From NCBI GenBank assembly GCA_965215565.1, contig CBDCDZ010000004.1, positions 672,001-736,000 on the forward strand: a stretch of DNA of 64,000 nucleotides. The letters are read 5' to 3'. Within the stretch, counting starts at the first letter, position 1; the number at the start of each line of letters is the position of its first letter. Shown here piece after piece: positions 29,905 to 38,826 of this stretch. The notes beneath the pieces were generated by a model. The model was not told where the DNA came from. It searched no databases and saw only the letters and a list, made by a program, of their open reading frames with translations. The position numbers were made by a program, and so were the translations under genes. The stretch is from Trueperaceae bacterium (lineage in GTDB: Bacteria; Deinococcota; Deinococci; Deinococcales; Trueperaceae).

Positions 29905-30804
29905 GTGAGTCAGATCATCAGGAGGATGATGAAGTTCGTTCAAACGAGTACAGAGTACGAGCAATATGTACGTGATATTCAGCAGGCGTTATTGAAAGCT
30001 CAGAAACTTGAAACAGTTGAGGCGCTTCATGACATTGAGCTGATGGGTAGTTCGGGACAACCTCATCAGATTGACGTTTACTGGGAGTATAGATTAGCAG
30101 GGGTTACACACAAAGTGGCTTTAGAGTGTAAGCTTCGCAGACGTAAAGTTGATTTGGGAATTGTTAGAGATTTCTGGGGCGTTATTGACGATATATCGGG
30201 CTTGCGAGGAGTCATAGTTTCACCTCTTGGATTTACGTCAGGAGCAGTTCGATACGCTCAAAGCAAAGGAATAGGCTTGAAAGTTATTCGCCCAGCAAAC
30301 GAAGAAGATTACGAAGGTCGTATAAGAGCAATCTGCGTGATTCTACTGCTCAAACAAGCTACAAATTTACACCTTTACATGAGCATTGACCAAGACTGGT
30401 ACAAACTAAACAGAACTCCCCAGCTTGAAGAATTCGTAGCAAATACATCTGGCAAGCTAATTCACACTGATGCAATAGTTGAAGACCGCGATTCTGGAGA
30501 AGTAATTGTAGTCGCAAAGCTGCAAAATCATGTTCCAGTGTTAGAGATAGAAGACATTTCTGGCACACATACTTGGACAAAAACCTTTGATAATGGTTAT
30601 ATTGTTTATCCCGACTATGAGCTAAAGCTAAATAGCATTGAGGTCAAGTACGAGATTCACCAGCTAGAGGAATCTGTAGTTGTAGGTGGCGAAGATGTCG
30701 CGCACGTGCTTGTCGAAGACGCCTTAGCTGGAACGCTATTATTTGTTGACGAACAGGGCTTGATTTCTGGTGACACTGATGAAGAAGGAATTATTGAAAA
30801 CTAA
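29905..30804 (+). CDS. Mrr-like PD-(D/E)xK restriction endonuclease, low GC
   Basis: HQIDV, LECK, GVIVS..GFT.GA..YA motifs; no adjacent MTase. Confidence 0.8.
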   Translation: MSQIIRRMMKFVQTSTEYEQYVRDIQQALLKAQKLETVEALHDIELMGSSGQPHQIDVYWEYRLAGVTHKVALECKLRRRKVDLGIVRDFWGVIDDISGLRGVIVSPLGFTSGAVRYAQSKGIGLKVIRPANEEDYEGRIRAICVILLLKQATNLHLYMSIDQDWYKLNRTPQLEEFVANTSGKLIHTDAIVEDRDSGEVIVVAKLQNHVPVLEIEDISGTHTWTKTFDNGYIVYPDYELKLNSIEVKYEIHQLEESVVVGGEDVAHVLVEDALAGTLLFVDEQGLISGDTDEEGIIEN

Positions 30805-30904
30805 ACAGTACTTTAGCCTCGAGCCCTACCCCTCAACCCAGAAACTCGAGCCTCCAAAACTATCTTCAAAGGGCGCGTGCTAGAATGATGAAAGGAGGTG
30901 TAGC

Positions 30905-31099
30905 GTGACGGTCAAACCTAAAACCATCGGCGCGTCTATGCGTCAGCTTCGTCAAAAATGCAGCTCCGGTGAGACCTCCTCCGCTATCCCACAAGCGATG
31001 GTCGAGAGTATCCGCCAGTCTATGAAGGTTGAAGGCTACGACCTCTCCGCCGAAGAGGTGCGCGAGGTGGCGGAACGCCTACTCGAAAAAGCGGCTTAG
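30905..31099 (+). CDS. VbhA-like antitoxin
   Basis: SMKVEG matches the Fic-inhibitory (S/T)xxxE(G/N) motif; lies directly upstream of the Fic gene; AAGGAGG RBS. Confidence 0.75.
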   Translation: MTVKPKTIGASMRQLRQKCSSGETSSAIPQAMVESIRQSMKVEGYDLSAEEVREVAERLLEKAA

Positions 31100-31103
31100 A
31101 CCT

Positions 31104-31787
31104 TTGTCAAAGCATGTGCGAAAAACTGAACCCTTGGAGACGCTCGAGGGGTTGCTCGTTGATTATGAGGAGATCGAGCCCTATCTCATCGAAGGGGAGA
31201 TAAAAGGACGCACATGGGCGCTAAACAAAGCAGTTTCGTATTGGCAAGCTGAACCAGGTACCGTTGCATCCATTCCTTCAGATGGAGACATCTACGCTTT
31301 GCACCGTGTGATGTTCGAGCACATTTTTGAGTGGGCAGGAAAACCGCGAACAAAGGATAAAGGACCAGGCGGCATCGTTCACGTACCTTTTTACGAAGTG
31401 CGTCAGCAGCTAAGGTTCAGATTTGAGAATTTGAACTTTCGAGTTTCCGAGCACCGAGCAGAAGAGGTTGATATAGACTTCGCCGCAAAGGTTATCGCAC
31501 AAGCGCATCACGACTTTGAATATGTACATCCTTTTACAGATACGAACGGACGCACGGGCAGGACGTTAGACCATTGCACCCTTTGGTACACGCTGGGTAT
31601 TGTGGGCGTAAATTTGCATACCTCACCTCAAATCCTGTATTTTCCTGATGAGGAATACGAGAAGATGTATTTTACGGCACTCAAAGATGCCGATAATAGC
31701 GGCGACCTTTCACTTCTCACGGCTTTTTATAGAGATAGAATTGATGCAGCTATTGAAGAGGTAGAAGAGCGAGTATCACAAGAATAA
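31104..31787 (+). CDS. Fic-domain toxin
   Basis: HPFTDTNGRTGR, close to HPFxxGNGRxxR; TTG start inferred. Confidence 0.88.
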   Translation: MSKHVRKTEPLETLEGLLVDYEEIEPYLIEGEIKGRTWALNKAVSYWQAEPGTVASIPSDGDIYALHRVMFEHIFEWAGKPRTKDKGPGGIVHVPFYEVRQQLRFRFENLNFRVSEHRAEEVDIDFAAKVIAQAHHDFEYVHPFTDTNGRTGRTLDHCTLWYTLGIVGVNLHTSPQILYFPDEEYEKMYFTALKDADNSGDLSLLTAFYRDRIDAAIEEVEERVSQE

Positions 31788-31883
31788 CCTTCGAAACTTA
31801 TCATTTCAGCCCCCCGCCCCAACCCTCAACTCAGGAACTCGAGCCCCACGCTAAACTAGACGTCTAAGCGGAGGTCTAGCCAG

Positions 31884-32135
31884 ATGGCTTCAGAACAGCG
31901 AAAAGTTACCGTGACGTTGCCCGAGGGGTTACTCGAGCGTCTCAACAAAACCGTCCCTAACCGTCAGCGTAGCCTCTTTATCAGCGAAGCGATTGAGGAG
32001 CACCTCGACCTCATGGAGCAAGCAGCGGCGCTAGAGGAAACAGCGGGCGCGTGGTCTTTAGAAAATCATCCGACGATGGAAGACGATAAGGGGATAGATG
32101 CCTGGCTGAAAGAGTCTCGGCGGGACCAGAGCTAA
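31884..32135 (+). CDS. CopG/RHH antitoxin-like protein, no downstream toxin
   Basis: KVTVTLPEGLLERL..RSLFISEAIEEHL..GAW pattern. Confidence 0.75.
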   Translation: MASEQRKVTVTLPEGLLERLNKTVPNRQRSLFISEAIEEHLDLMEQAAALEETAGAWSLENHPTMEDDKGIDAWLKESRRDQS

Positions 32136-32234
32136 ATTTTGAGTACATTGCGAATCTGAGTTTATATCCGCTCTCGAGTTGAATTCAGCACTCTCACCTG
32201 AAAACCACCTCTTGAAGCGGGTAAACTACCTCTT

Positions 32235-33485
32235 GTGACCATCATTCAAGCCGCCGCCGTCCTCATCTCCCTGACCGCCGTTTTAGGCTACGTCAACGAA
32301 CGCTTCATCCGCCTCCCTACACCCATCGGTGTGATGCTGACCGCCCTAGCGCTCTCCTTGGGGCTCCTTATCTTTGGAACACAAGAGGTCAGCCAGTGGG
32401 CGCAGACGTTTTTGGACAACCTCAACTTCAACAGCTTAGTGATGGACGGACTACTGAGCTTCCTGCTCTTCGCGGGCGCACTAACGGTGAACTTGGACGA
32501 CTTAAACGAACAGAAGTGGCCCGTCTTGACGCTCGCAACGGTGGGCATCTTAGTCTCGACTTTTTTAGTGGGGACGCTCACCTACTACGCACTGATGCTC
32601 TTCGGCCTGAACCTCCCGTATATCTACGCGCTGCTGTTCGGCGCACTTATCTCACCGACGGACCCGATTGCTGTGTTGGGTATCCTCAAAAAGCTGAGCG
32701 TTCCCAAACGTATCGAGACGCTCATCACGGGCGAGTCGCTCTTCAACGACGGGGTGGGCGTCGTCGTGTTCAGCGTTTTGCTGAGCTTCGTTGAGGAGGG
32801 TCAGGCGCAACCTAGCGTAGGCGGTGTCGCGCTTCTCTTTGCAGAAGAAGCTATGGGCGGCATCCTCTTCGGGCTCGTGCTCGGCTATCTCACGTATACA
32901 CTTCTGAAGCGGGTCAATAACTACAGCGTGGAGGTGCTGCTCACGCTGGCGGCAGTGATGGGCGGCTATACGTTGGCGCAACTCATTCACACCTCGGGAC
33001 CGCTGGCGATGGTTGTGGTAGGGCTCTTTATCGGCAACCGGGGGCGGCTCTTCGCGATGTCCGAGACGACGCGCGAGCACTTAGACACCTTTTGGGAGAT
33101 GGTCGACGAGGTCTTGAACGCGGTGCTCTTTGCGCTGATTGGTTTGGAGCTTCTAGCCGTGCGTTTTAGTGGGCTCAACCTCGCGGCGGCACTCGTCGCC
33201 GTGCCTATCGCTTTACTGTCGCGCACGGTTAGCGTCGGCGCACCCATCAACCTCTTCAAGTTCCGCCAGGACTACGCGCCCTACACTGTTCGGATGATGG
33301 TGTGGGGCGGGCTCAAAGGGGGGATTTCGATTGCGCTCGCGCTGTCACTCCCCGAAGGAGACGAGCGCGAGCTGATTGAGGTAATGACGTATGGCGTTGT
33401 GGTCTTTACGATTTTAGTTCAGGGGTTGACGGTGGAGCGAGTGGCGAAACGGATGATTGAGAGTTCAAAAGAGCAGAACGCTTAA
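32235..33485 (+). CDS. Na+/H+ antiporter (NhaP/CPA1)
   Basis: SPTDPIAV, GESLFNDG, WGGLKG motifs. Confidence 0.93.
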   Translation: MTIIQAAAVLISLTAVLGYVNERFIRLPTPIGVMLTALALSLGLLIFGTQEVSQWAQTFLDNLNFNSLVMDGLLSFLLFAGALTVNLDDLNEQKWPVLTLATVGILVSTFLVGTLTYYALMLFGLNLPYIYALLFGALISPTDPIAVLGILKKLSVPKRIETLITGESLFNDGVGVVVFSVLLSFVEEGQAQPSVGGVALLFAEEAMGGILFGLVLGYLTYTLLKRVNNYSVEVLLTLAAVMGGYTLAQLIHTSGPLAMVVVGLFIGNRGRLFAMSETTREHLDTFWEMVDEVLNAVLFALIGLELLAVRFSGLNLAAALVAVPIALLSRTVSVGAPINLFKFRQDYAPYTVRMMVWGGLKGGISIALALSLPEGDERELIEVMTYGVVVFTILVQGLTVERVAKRMIESSKEQNA

Positions 33486-34933
33486 ACACCACCCGTAAAA
33501 ATCGACTTCGTCTCCATATACTCAAAAATCCCCTCAGACCCCGCCTCACGTCCGAAACCGCTGCCTTTGATACCACCGAAGGGAGCTTCAGGCGTCGCGG
33601 GAAGCCAATCGTTGATACAGACCATGCCGTATTGGAGCCCCTCCGACATGCGAATGGACGTGTTGAGGTCATTCGTTAGGACAAAAGCAGCTAAACCGTA
33701 CTCGGTGTTGTTGGCAAGCTCCAAGACCTCTTCTTTACCACTAAACTTCACAAGCGGCATGACCGGACCGAAAATCTCTTCGTCGTAGACGGGAACGCCT
33801 GGTTTTACACCTGTGACAACCGTCGGCTCAAAGAAGTACCCTCTTCCGTCCCTTGGCTTACCACCCGTCAAGACCTCTGCGCCGTTCGACGTACTTGCTT
33901 CGACCAATTCCGCCACCCGCTCACGCTGTTTGGCATTGATGAGCGGACCGACGTCCGTACCTCTCTCTAACCCATGTCCAACGGTGAGCGCCTTCGCTGC
34001 CTCTGCTGCTCGCTCTACAAATTCGTCATAGATATTTTCATGAACAAAGAAGCGTTGTGGCGACACGCAGACCTGTCCGCAGTTACGGGTTTTCCACGTG
34101 ACCGCGAGCTTCGCGGTTCGCGCCACATCTACATCCGGGAAGACGAGCACGGGCGCGTTGCCGCCGAGTTCTAAGGAGAGCCGCGTCATCGTCTGCGAGG
34201 CTCCGTCCATCAGCAATTTACCGACTCGAGGACTGCCCGTAAACTGGATTTTGCGCACCCTCGCGTCTTGCAGTAAAACCTCGCCCATCCCCTCCGGCTC
34301 CCCGTTGATGAGGTTCATCACCCCAGCGGGTGCGCCGCCCTCGTGTAAGGCTTGCGCTAAGAGCATCCCCGTGCGCGGCGTGAACTCGCTCGGACGCCCG
34401 ACGACGGTGTTGCCCGCCGCGAGCGCCGCCGCCCAGACCCGCACGTTGTTGTACACCGGAAAGTTCCACGCGGTGATGCTGCCCACCACGCCCATCGGCT
34501 GGTGGATGACCTGGATGCGGCGGTTACTGACCCGCGCCGGGACGGTGCGCCCGTAAGCGCGGACGCCCTCGCCTGCGAACCACTCCAAGTACCCCACCGC
34601 GCTCGCCCACTCCGCTTTGGCTTCACCCAACGGTTTGCCTGATTCTTCCGTCGTGACCCTCGCCAAATCCTCAATCCGCTCCGAAATCCACGCGCCTGCT
34701 TTGCGCAAGACCTCCGCACGTTTGTAGGGGTTCGTCTGTGACCAGGCGGGGAAGGCTTCGGCGGCGGCATCAACGGCGGCTTGCGCGTCCGCTTTATCTC
34801 CGAAAGGAACCTGCTGGATGACCTCTTCGGTGGCAGGGTCTACGAGGTCCCAAGTGCTGCCGTTACCCGCTTTGGTCCACTCGCCGCCGATGAGTTGTTT
34901 GAAAAAGTAGGCTTCTTTGGTTTGGACTGCCAT
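33482..34933 (-). CDS. gabD: NAD(P)-dependent succinate-semialdehyde dehydrogenase
   Basis: AWNFP, FTGS, LELGGNAP, GQVCV, EEIFGP motifs; GABA cluster context. Confidence 0.85.
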   Translation of the reverse strand: MAVQTKEAYFFKQLIGGEWTKAGNGSTWDLVDPATEEVIQQVPFGDKADAQAAVDAAAEAFPAWSQTNPYKRAEVLRKAGAWISERIEDLARVTTEESGKPLGEAKAEWASAVGYLEWFAGEGVRAYGRTVPARVSNRRIQVIHQPMGVVGSITAWNFPVYNNVRVWAAALAAGNTVVGRPSEFTPRTGMLLAQALHEGGAPAGVMNLINGEPEGMGEVLLQDARVRKIQFTGSPRVGKLLMDGASQTMTRLSLELGGNAPVLVFPDVDVARTAKLAVTWKTRNCGQVCVSPQRFFVHENIYDEFVERAAEAAKALTVGHGLERGTDVGPLINAKQRERVAELVEASTSNGAEVLTGGKPRDGRGYFFEPTVVTGVKPGVPVYDEEIFGPVMPLVKFSGKEEVLELANNTEYGLAAFVLTNDLNTSIRMSEGLQYGMVCINDWLPATPEAPFGGIKGSGFGREAGSEGIFEYMETKSIFTGGV

Positions 34934-35062
34934 GTTTTTGCTCCTTCTCATTGATATCTACGCCAAACGGTGTTGTTGCTCGCTGCACTCTAAGTCTAAT
35001 CCAAATCCCTCATCATGCGTTTTGAAACTCCCTGCTCAGTAACACCACATAACACTATTACT

Positions 35063-35082
35063 TAGCATGCTTTGGCATGCTA
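35063..35082 (+). promoter_or_regulatory. Palindrome of two GCATGC sites upstream of the HARE-HTH/MTase operon
   Basis: TAGCATGC-TTTG-GCATGCTA abutting TACTAT and the ATG at 35091. Confidence 0.65.
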
Positions 35083-35090
35083 CTATTCTA

Positions 35091-35390
35091 ATGGTGCGAT
35101 GGAGTAGGCAAAGAAGCAACGCGGAAGCGTTAATGGTTAAAATTCTGTCGGAAAGTCAAGTTCCTATGTCTTTGAAAGAAGTTATTACACAAATTAGAAA
35201 GCTCGACTCAGACGCTTTTCAGGGAAAAACGCCTGAAAAATCACTGTATTCCGTCATCTATCGCAGGGAAAGGAAAAGAGAAAAGCTCCAGAAGACGTCG
35301 GCGTTTATCATTGAGAGAAGGTATGGGGCAACGCTATACAAGCTCAATCCTCAGTTCAACACTTCCGAAGCTGGCGAACAGATAGCGTGA
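35091..35390 (+). CDS. HARE-HTH (HB1/ASXL/restriction endonuclease) winged-helix protein
   Basis: ILSESQVPMSLKEV..GKTPEKSLYS pattern; 4-bp overlap with the MTase; start could be 35067. Confidence 0.75.
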   Translation: MVRWSRQRSNAEALMVKILSESQVPMSLKEVITQIRKLDSDAFQGKTPEKSLYSVIYRRERKREKLQKTSAFIIERRYGATLYKLNPQFNTSEAGEQIA

Positions 35391-36304
35391 CAAAACCCGA
35401 AAGAATACCGCACGTTATCCCGTATCAAGGGAGTAAGAGGAAGCTTGCACGATCTATTTTAAGTCACATCTCTTTTGATGCCGACGTTTTTTTTGAACCT
35501 TTCGCTGGTTCAGCAGCCACAACGATTGCAGCAGCGACAAGTGATGTGGCAAATTCATACGTTATATCCGACAAGCTGAAAGTATTGACTGATTTATGGA
35601 GCATGATCGTTGATAGTCCTGATGAACTGATTCAAGAATACACCTGCCTCTGGGAGTCACAACTGACTGACCCCAAAGGCTTCTATCACCAAACTAGAAA
35701 AGCGTACAACCGAAACCCTACAGCACCAGCCTTTCTTTATCTCGTGGCTAGGTGTGTCAAAAATAGCATACGCTTCAATAGACAGGGCGACTTCAACCAG
35801 GGACCCGACAACCGCCGCTTAGGAATGAAACCGTCCAAGCTGGCTAAAGAAGTGCGAGCAACCGCTGAGCTTTTGAGAGGGAAAATTTCAGTTAGGCACG
35901 GAGATTTTCAGGATGTATTAGAAAGCGCGACGGAGAATGATGTCGTTTACCTAGACCCTCCTTGGCAAGGAACGAGCAAGAAAAATGATCCGAGATATGC
36001 TTACCTGCTAGAACTCGGTAAGTTAGTTGAAGAACTCAGCTTCCTGAATCAGCGCGGCGTTCCTTACTTGCTGAGCTTTGATGGTTCATGCGGTGATAAG
36101 GTCTACGGCGCGTCTCTTCCGCCTTGGCTCAACCTCGAAAAGGTAGCTCTTAAAGCGGGACGTTCAAGTCAAGCAACACTTCTTGGACGCAACGATGAAA
36201 CTGTTGAATCGTTGTATTTATCGCCTGCATTAGTGCAAAAGAAACGGGCTTTAGAGGAAAACACTATCCCGGAGCGGACCATGTTGTTCGAGCAACCGGC
36301 TTAG
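35387..36304 (+). CDS. Dam-like (D12 class) N6-adenine DNA methyltransferase
   Basis: PYQGSKR, FEPFAGS, YLDPPW motifs. Confidence 0.92.
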   Translation: MTKPERIPHVIPYQGSKRKLARSILSHISFDADVFFEPFAGSAATTIAAATSDVANSYVISDKLKVLTDLWSMIVDSPDELIQEYTCLWESQLTDPKGFYHQTRKAYNRNPTAPAFLYLVARCVKNSIRFNRQGDFNQGPDNRRLGMKPSKLAKEVRATAELLRGKISVRHGDFQDVLESATENDVVYLDPPWQGTSKKNDPRYAYLLELGKLVEELSFLNQRGVPYLLSFDGSCGDKVYGASLPPWLNLEKVALKAGRSSQATLLGRNDETVESLYLSPALVQKKRALEENTIPERTMLFEQPA

Positions 36305-37032
36305 TTATCTTCTTGCTCCAAAGTCCTTTTGAGAGTTTCTTTTATGTAGCTCTGTACGGAGCGGTCTGACCGAGATGCACGTTCAGAGAGTCGTTCGTAA
36401 TCTTCTACCTCCTCGCTTTGCCAGACGATGTCGACTCGCCTTTCCTCTTTCGTGGCAACGTGCGTGTAACTCTCCGGGAATGCCCAGTAGCATCTTCGGC
36501 AGATTTCAGGGTCTTTCAGACTGATCAGATTTTCGCAGTGTTCGCACGACCATGATTTCTGTCTTTGCGACGTTCCTGTTAAGAGCATAAAGGCGTCTAA
36601 GTCGTCCTCGTTCGATACATTATCTCCAATAACTTCGTAGGGAATGCGGTGATCAATTTGAAGGTAACGCGGCTGGTATATCTCGTTTGTAATCGCTCCC
36701 CTGCTCCCATACTTTTCCACAAGGGCGTTCTTGAATTTTTTGGAGAAGGTTTTACGCCCTCCCAACTTGTGACGCTCTACATCGCTCGGATTACCGAACC
36801 TGTAAGCGGCTATCTTGCGCCCATCACGTCCTGTTACTTTGAACGTCTCTATTGGGATACCCTGTTCACGCACATCTCGGACAGCTCGAGGTGGATGATT
36901 GTATCCGTAGTCATCTTTGAGCTGCTCAGTAGTTATAGAACCATGCGCAATAATGTGGTCAATAACTGTTCTCGCACGTTTGGCTGTAACTTTCCTCGCA
37001 GCCTCTAAAATTCGCTCGTCAACTTTTGTCAC
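36301..37032 (-). CDS. HNH type II restriction endonuclease, SphI-like
   Basis: GYNHPPRAVRD, LQIDHRIP, KSWSCEHC, CRRCYWA.PESYTHV; resembles R.SphI from recall; converges on the MTase. Confidence 0.8.
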   Translation of the reverse strand: MTKVDERILEAARKVTAKRARTVIDHIIAHGSITTEQLKDDYGYNHPPRAVRDVREQGIPIETFKVTGRDGRKIAAYRFGNPSDVERHKLGGRKTFSKKFKNALVEKYGSRGAITNEIYQPRYLQIDHRIPYEVIGDNVSNEDDLDAFMLLTGTSQRQKSWSCEHCENLISLKDPEICRRCYWAFPESYTHVATKEERRVDIVWQSEEVEDYERLSERASRSDRSVQSYIKETLKRTLEQEDN

Positions 37033-37091
37033 GAGGTATTGTTACTCGAGCTGGACCAACAATCAACACACGAATAGCGCGACAAGTCAAT

Positions 37092-38444
37092 CTATCCTCT
37101 CATAGGCTCTTTCAGCGCCGCCCTAACCGCCTCACCCAGCACCCCCATCCCCTCATCAATCTCTTCATCCGAGAGGTTCAAGGGTGGCAGCAACCGGATA
37201 CAGTTGCTGTAGAGCCCCGCCCGCAAGATGATGAGCCCACGCTTCAAGGCTTCGGCGGTGATGTCTACCACCTCTTGCGCCGTAAGCGGTTTCTTCCCCG
37301 CTCTATCCCGCACGAACTCAACCGCCAACATCGGACCTAAGCCCCGCACGTCACCGACGGATTCGTGTTCGTTTTGAAGCCCTCGGAGGTGTTCCCGAAA
37401 GCGTTCGCCGACTCGGTTCGCACGTGCTAAAAACTCCGGCGCTTGAATCATCTTGACCGCTTCAATCGCCGCTGCACACGCTAGAGGATTGCCGCTGTAC
37501 GTCCCGCCCAACCCACCAGGATGCGGCGCGTCCATCAGTTCCGCTTTGCCGATGACCGCCGAAATGGGCATCCCTGCGCCTAAAGATTTTGCTGTCGTCA
37601 AGAGGTCAGGCGTCACGCCGTAATGCTCCACCGCAAAGAGCTTGCCCGTGCGCCCCATCCCGCACTGAATCTCATCAGCGACCATCACCATGCCGTGCTC
37701 CGTGCAGAGTTCGCGGATGCGCTTTAAGAACTTGGGCGGCGTCGGCAAGAAGCCCCCTTCACCCTGAACGGGTTCGATAACGACAGCGGCGACGGCGCTC
37801 GGGTCCACCTGGGCGATGAAGGCGTGCTCGAGCTGCGCAATCATATAATCCACATACTGCTCATCCGTCATGCTCTCTGGGCGGCGGTAGAGGTTCGGGA
37901 AGGGCAAGCGGTAAACTTCAGGTGCAAACGGCGCAAACCCTTTTTTGAACAGCGCGTACTTGCTCGTCATTGTCAAGGTTAGGTTCGTACGCCCGTGATA
38001 CGCGCCCTCGAAGACGACGATGCCGGGGCGTCCCGTGTATGAACGGGCAATGTTGACCGCCGTCTCGACGGCTTCCGCGCCGCTGCTCATAAAGGTGGCT
38101 TTAGTCTCGCCTGCAATTGGCGCAACCGACGTTAGTAATTCAGCAAGCTCCACCATCGGCTCAGAAGTTGCAACGATGCCGCAAGGATGAATGACTTTAT
38201 CCACTTGGTTTTTAATCGCGGTGACGACGCTCTTAGGTGTATGCCCAACCGCCAACATGCCGATGCCGCCCGCGAAGTCTAAAAGTGTATTTCCGTCTGC
38301 GTCGGTGACGGCTGCGCCATGGGCGCGTTCAACAGCGATGGAGGTGAGTTTCGCTGCGCCTCTTGGCGTGACCGCTTCTCTGCGGGCGACGATAGCGCGA
38401 CTTTTCGGTCCGGGAATCTCGGTGATGAGGTTGATGGTGGGCAT
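37092..38444 (-). CDS. gabT: 4-aminobutyrate aminotransferase
   Basis: DFAGGI, GAEAVE, EPVQGEGG, DEIQCG, AKSLG, GGTYSGNP motifs. Confidence 0.88.
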   Translation of the reverse strand: MPTINLITEIPGPKSRAIVARREAVTPRGAAKLTSIAVERAHGAAVTDADGNTLLDFAGGIGMLAVGHTPKSVVTAIKNQVDKVIHPCGIVATSEPMVELAELLTSVAPIAGETKATFMSSGAEAVETAVNIARSYTGRPGIVVFEGAYHGRTNLTLTMTSKYALFKKGFAPFAPEVYRLPFPNLYRRPESMTDEQYVDYMIAQLEHAFIAQVDPSAVAAVVIEPVQGEGGFLPTPPKFLKRIRELCTEHGMVMVADEIQCGMGRTGKLFAVEHYGVTPDLLTTAKSLGAGMPISAVIGKAELMDAPHPGGLGGTYSGNPLACAAAIEAVKMIQAPEFLARANRVGERFREHLRGLQNEHESVGDVRGLGPMLAVEFVRDRAGKKPLTAQEVVDITAEALKRGLIILRAGLYSNCIRLLPPLNLSDEEIDEGMGVLGEAVRAALKEPMRG

Positions 38445-38446
38445 GA

Positions 38447-38812
38447 TTAGATGTGCTCGAGTTCCCGAACCGTGCGCTCGTTCTCGACCTCGCCCGTATT
38501 CAGCGTCGTTTTAGGTTCGAAGAGAAGAACATGCGCTTCGCTTTCAGCAATGGGTAAGTGCTCCATACCTCTTGGAATCACCACGCATTCCCCTTCCGAA
38601 AGCACGATGTCTTTTTGGTCACGCAACCTAATTATAAGTTGACCTTTCACCACTAAAAACAGTTCGTCCTCGTGCTCATGCTGATGCCAGTGGAACGCAC
38701 CCTCGAGCTTCGCCAACTTTACCGCCGCGTCATTGACCTCTCCAATGACTTTGGGGCTCCACTGGTCACTGAACGAGGCGAACTTCTCGCTGAGGTTGAT
38801 TTTCTGAATCAT
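38447..38812 (-). CDS. Cupin-domain protein
   Basis: WHQHEHEDELFLV..H.P motif. Confidence 0.88.
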   Translation of the reverse strand: MIQKINLSEKFASFSDQWSPKVIGEVNDAAVKLAKLEGAFHWHQHEHEDELFLVVKGQLIIRLRDQKDIVLSEGECVVIPRGMEHLPIAESEAHVLLFEPKTTLNTGEVENERTVRELEHI

Positions 38813-38826
38813 GACTCTCCTAGCCC

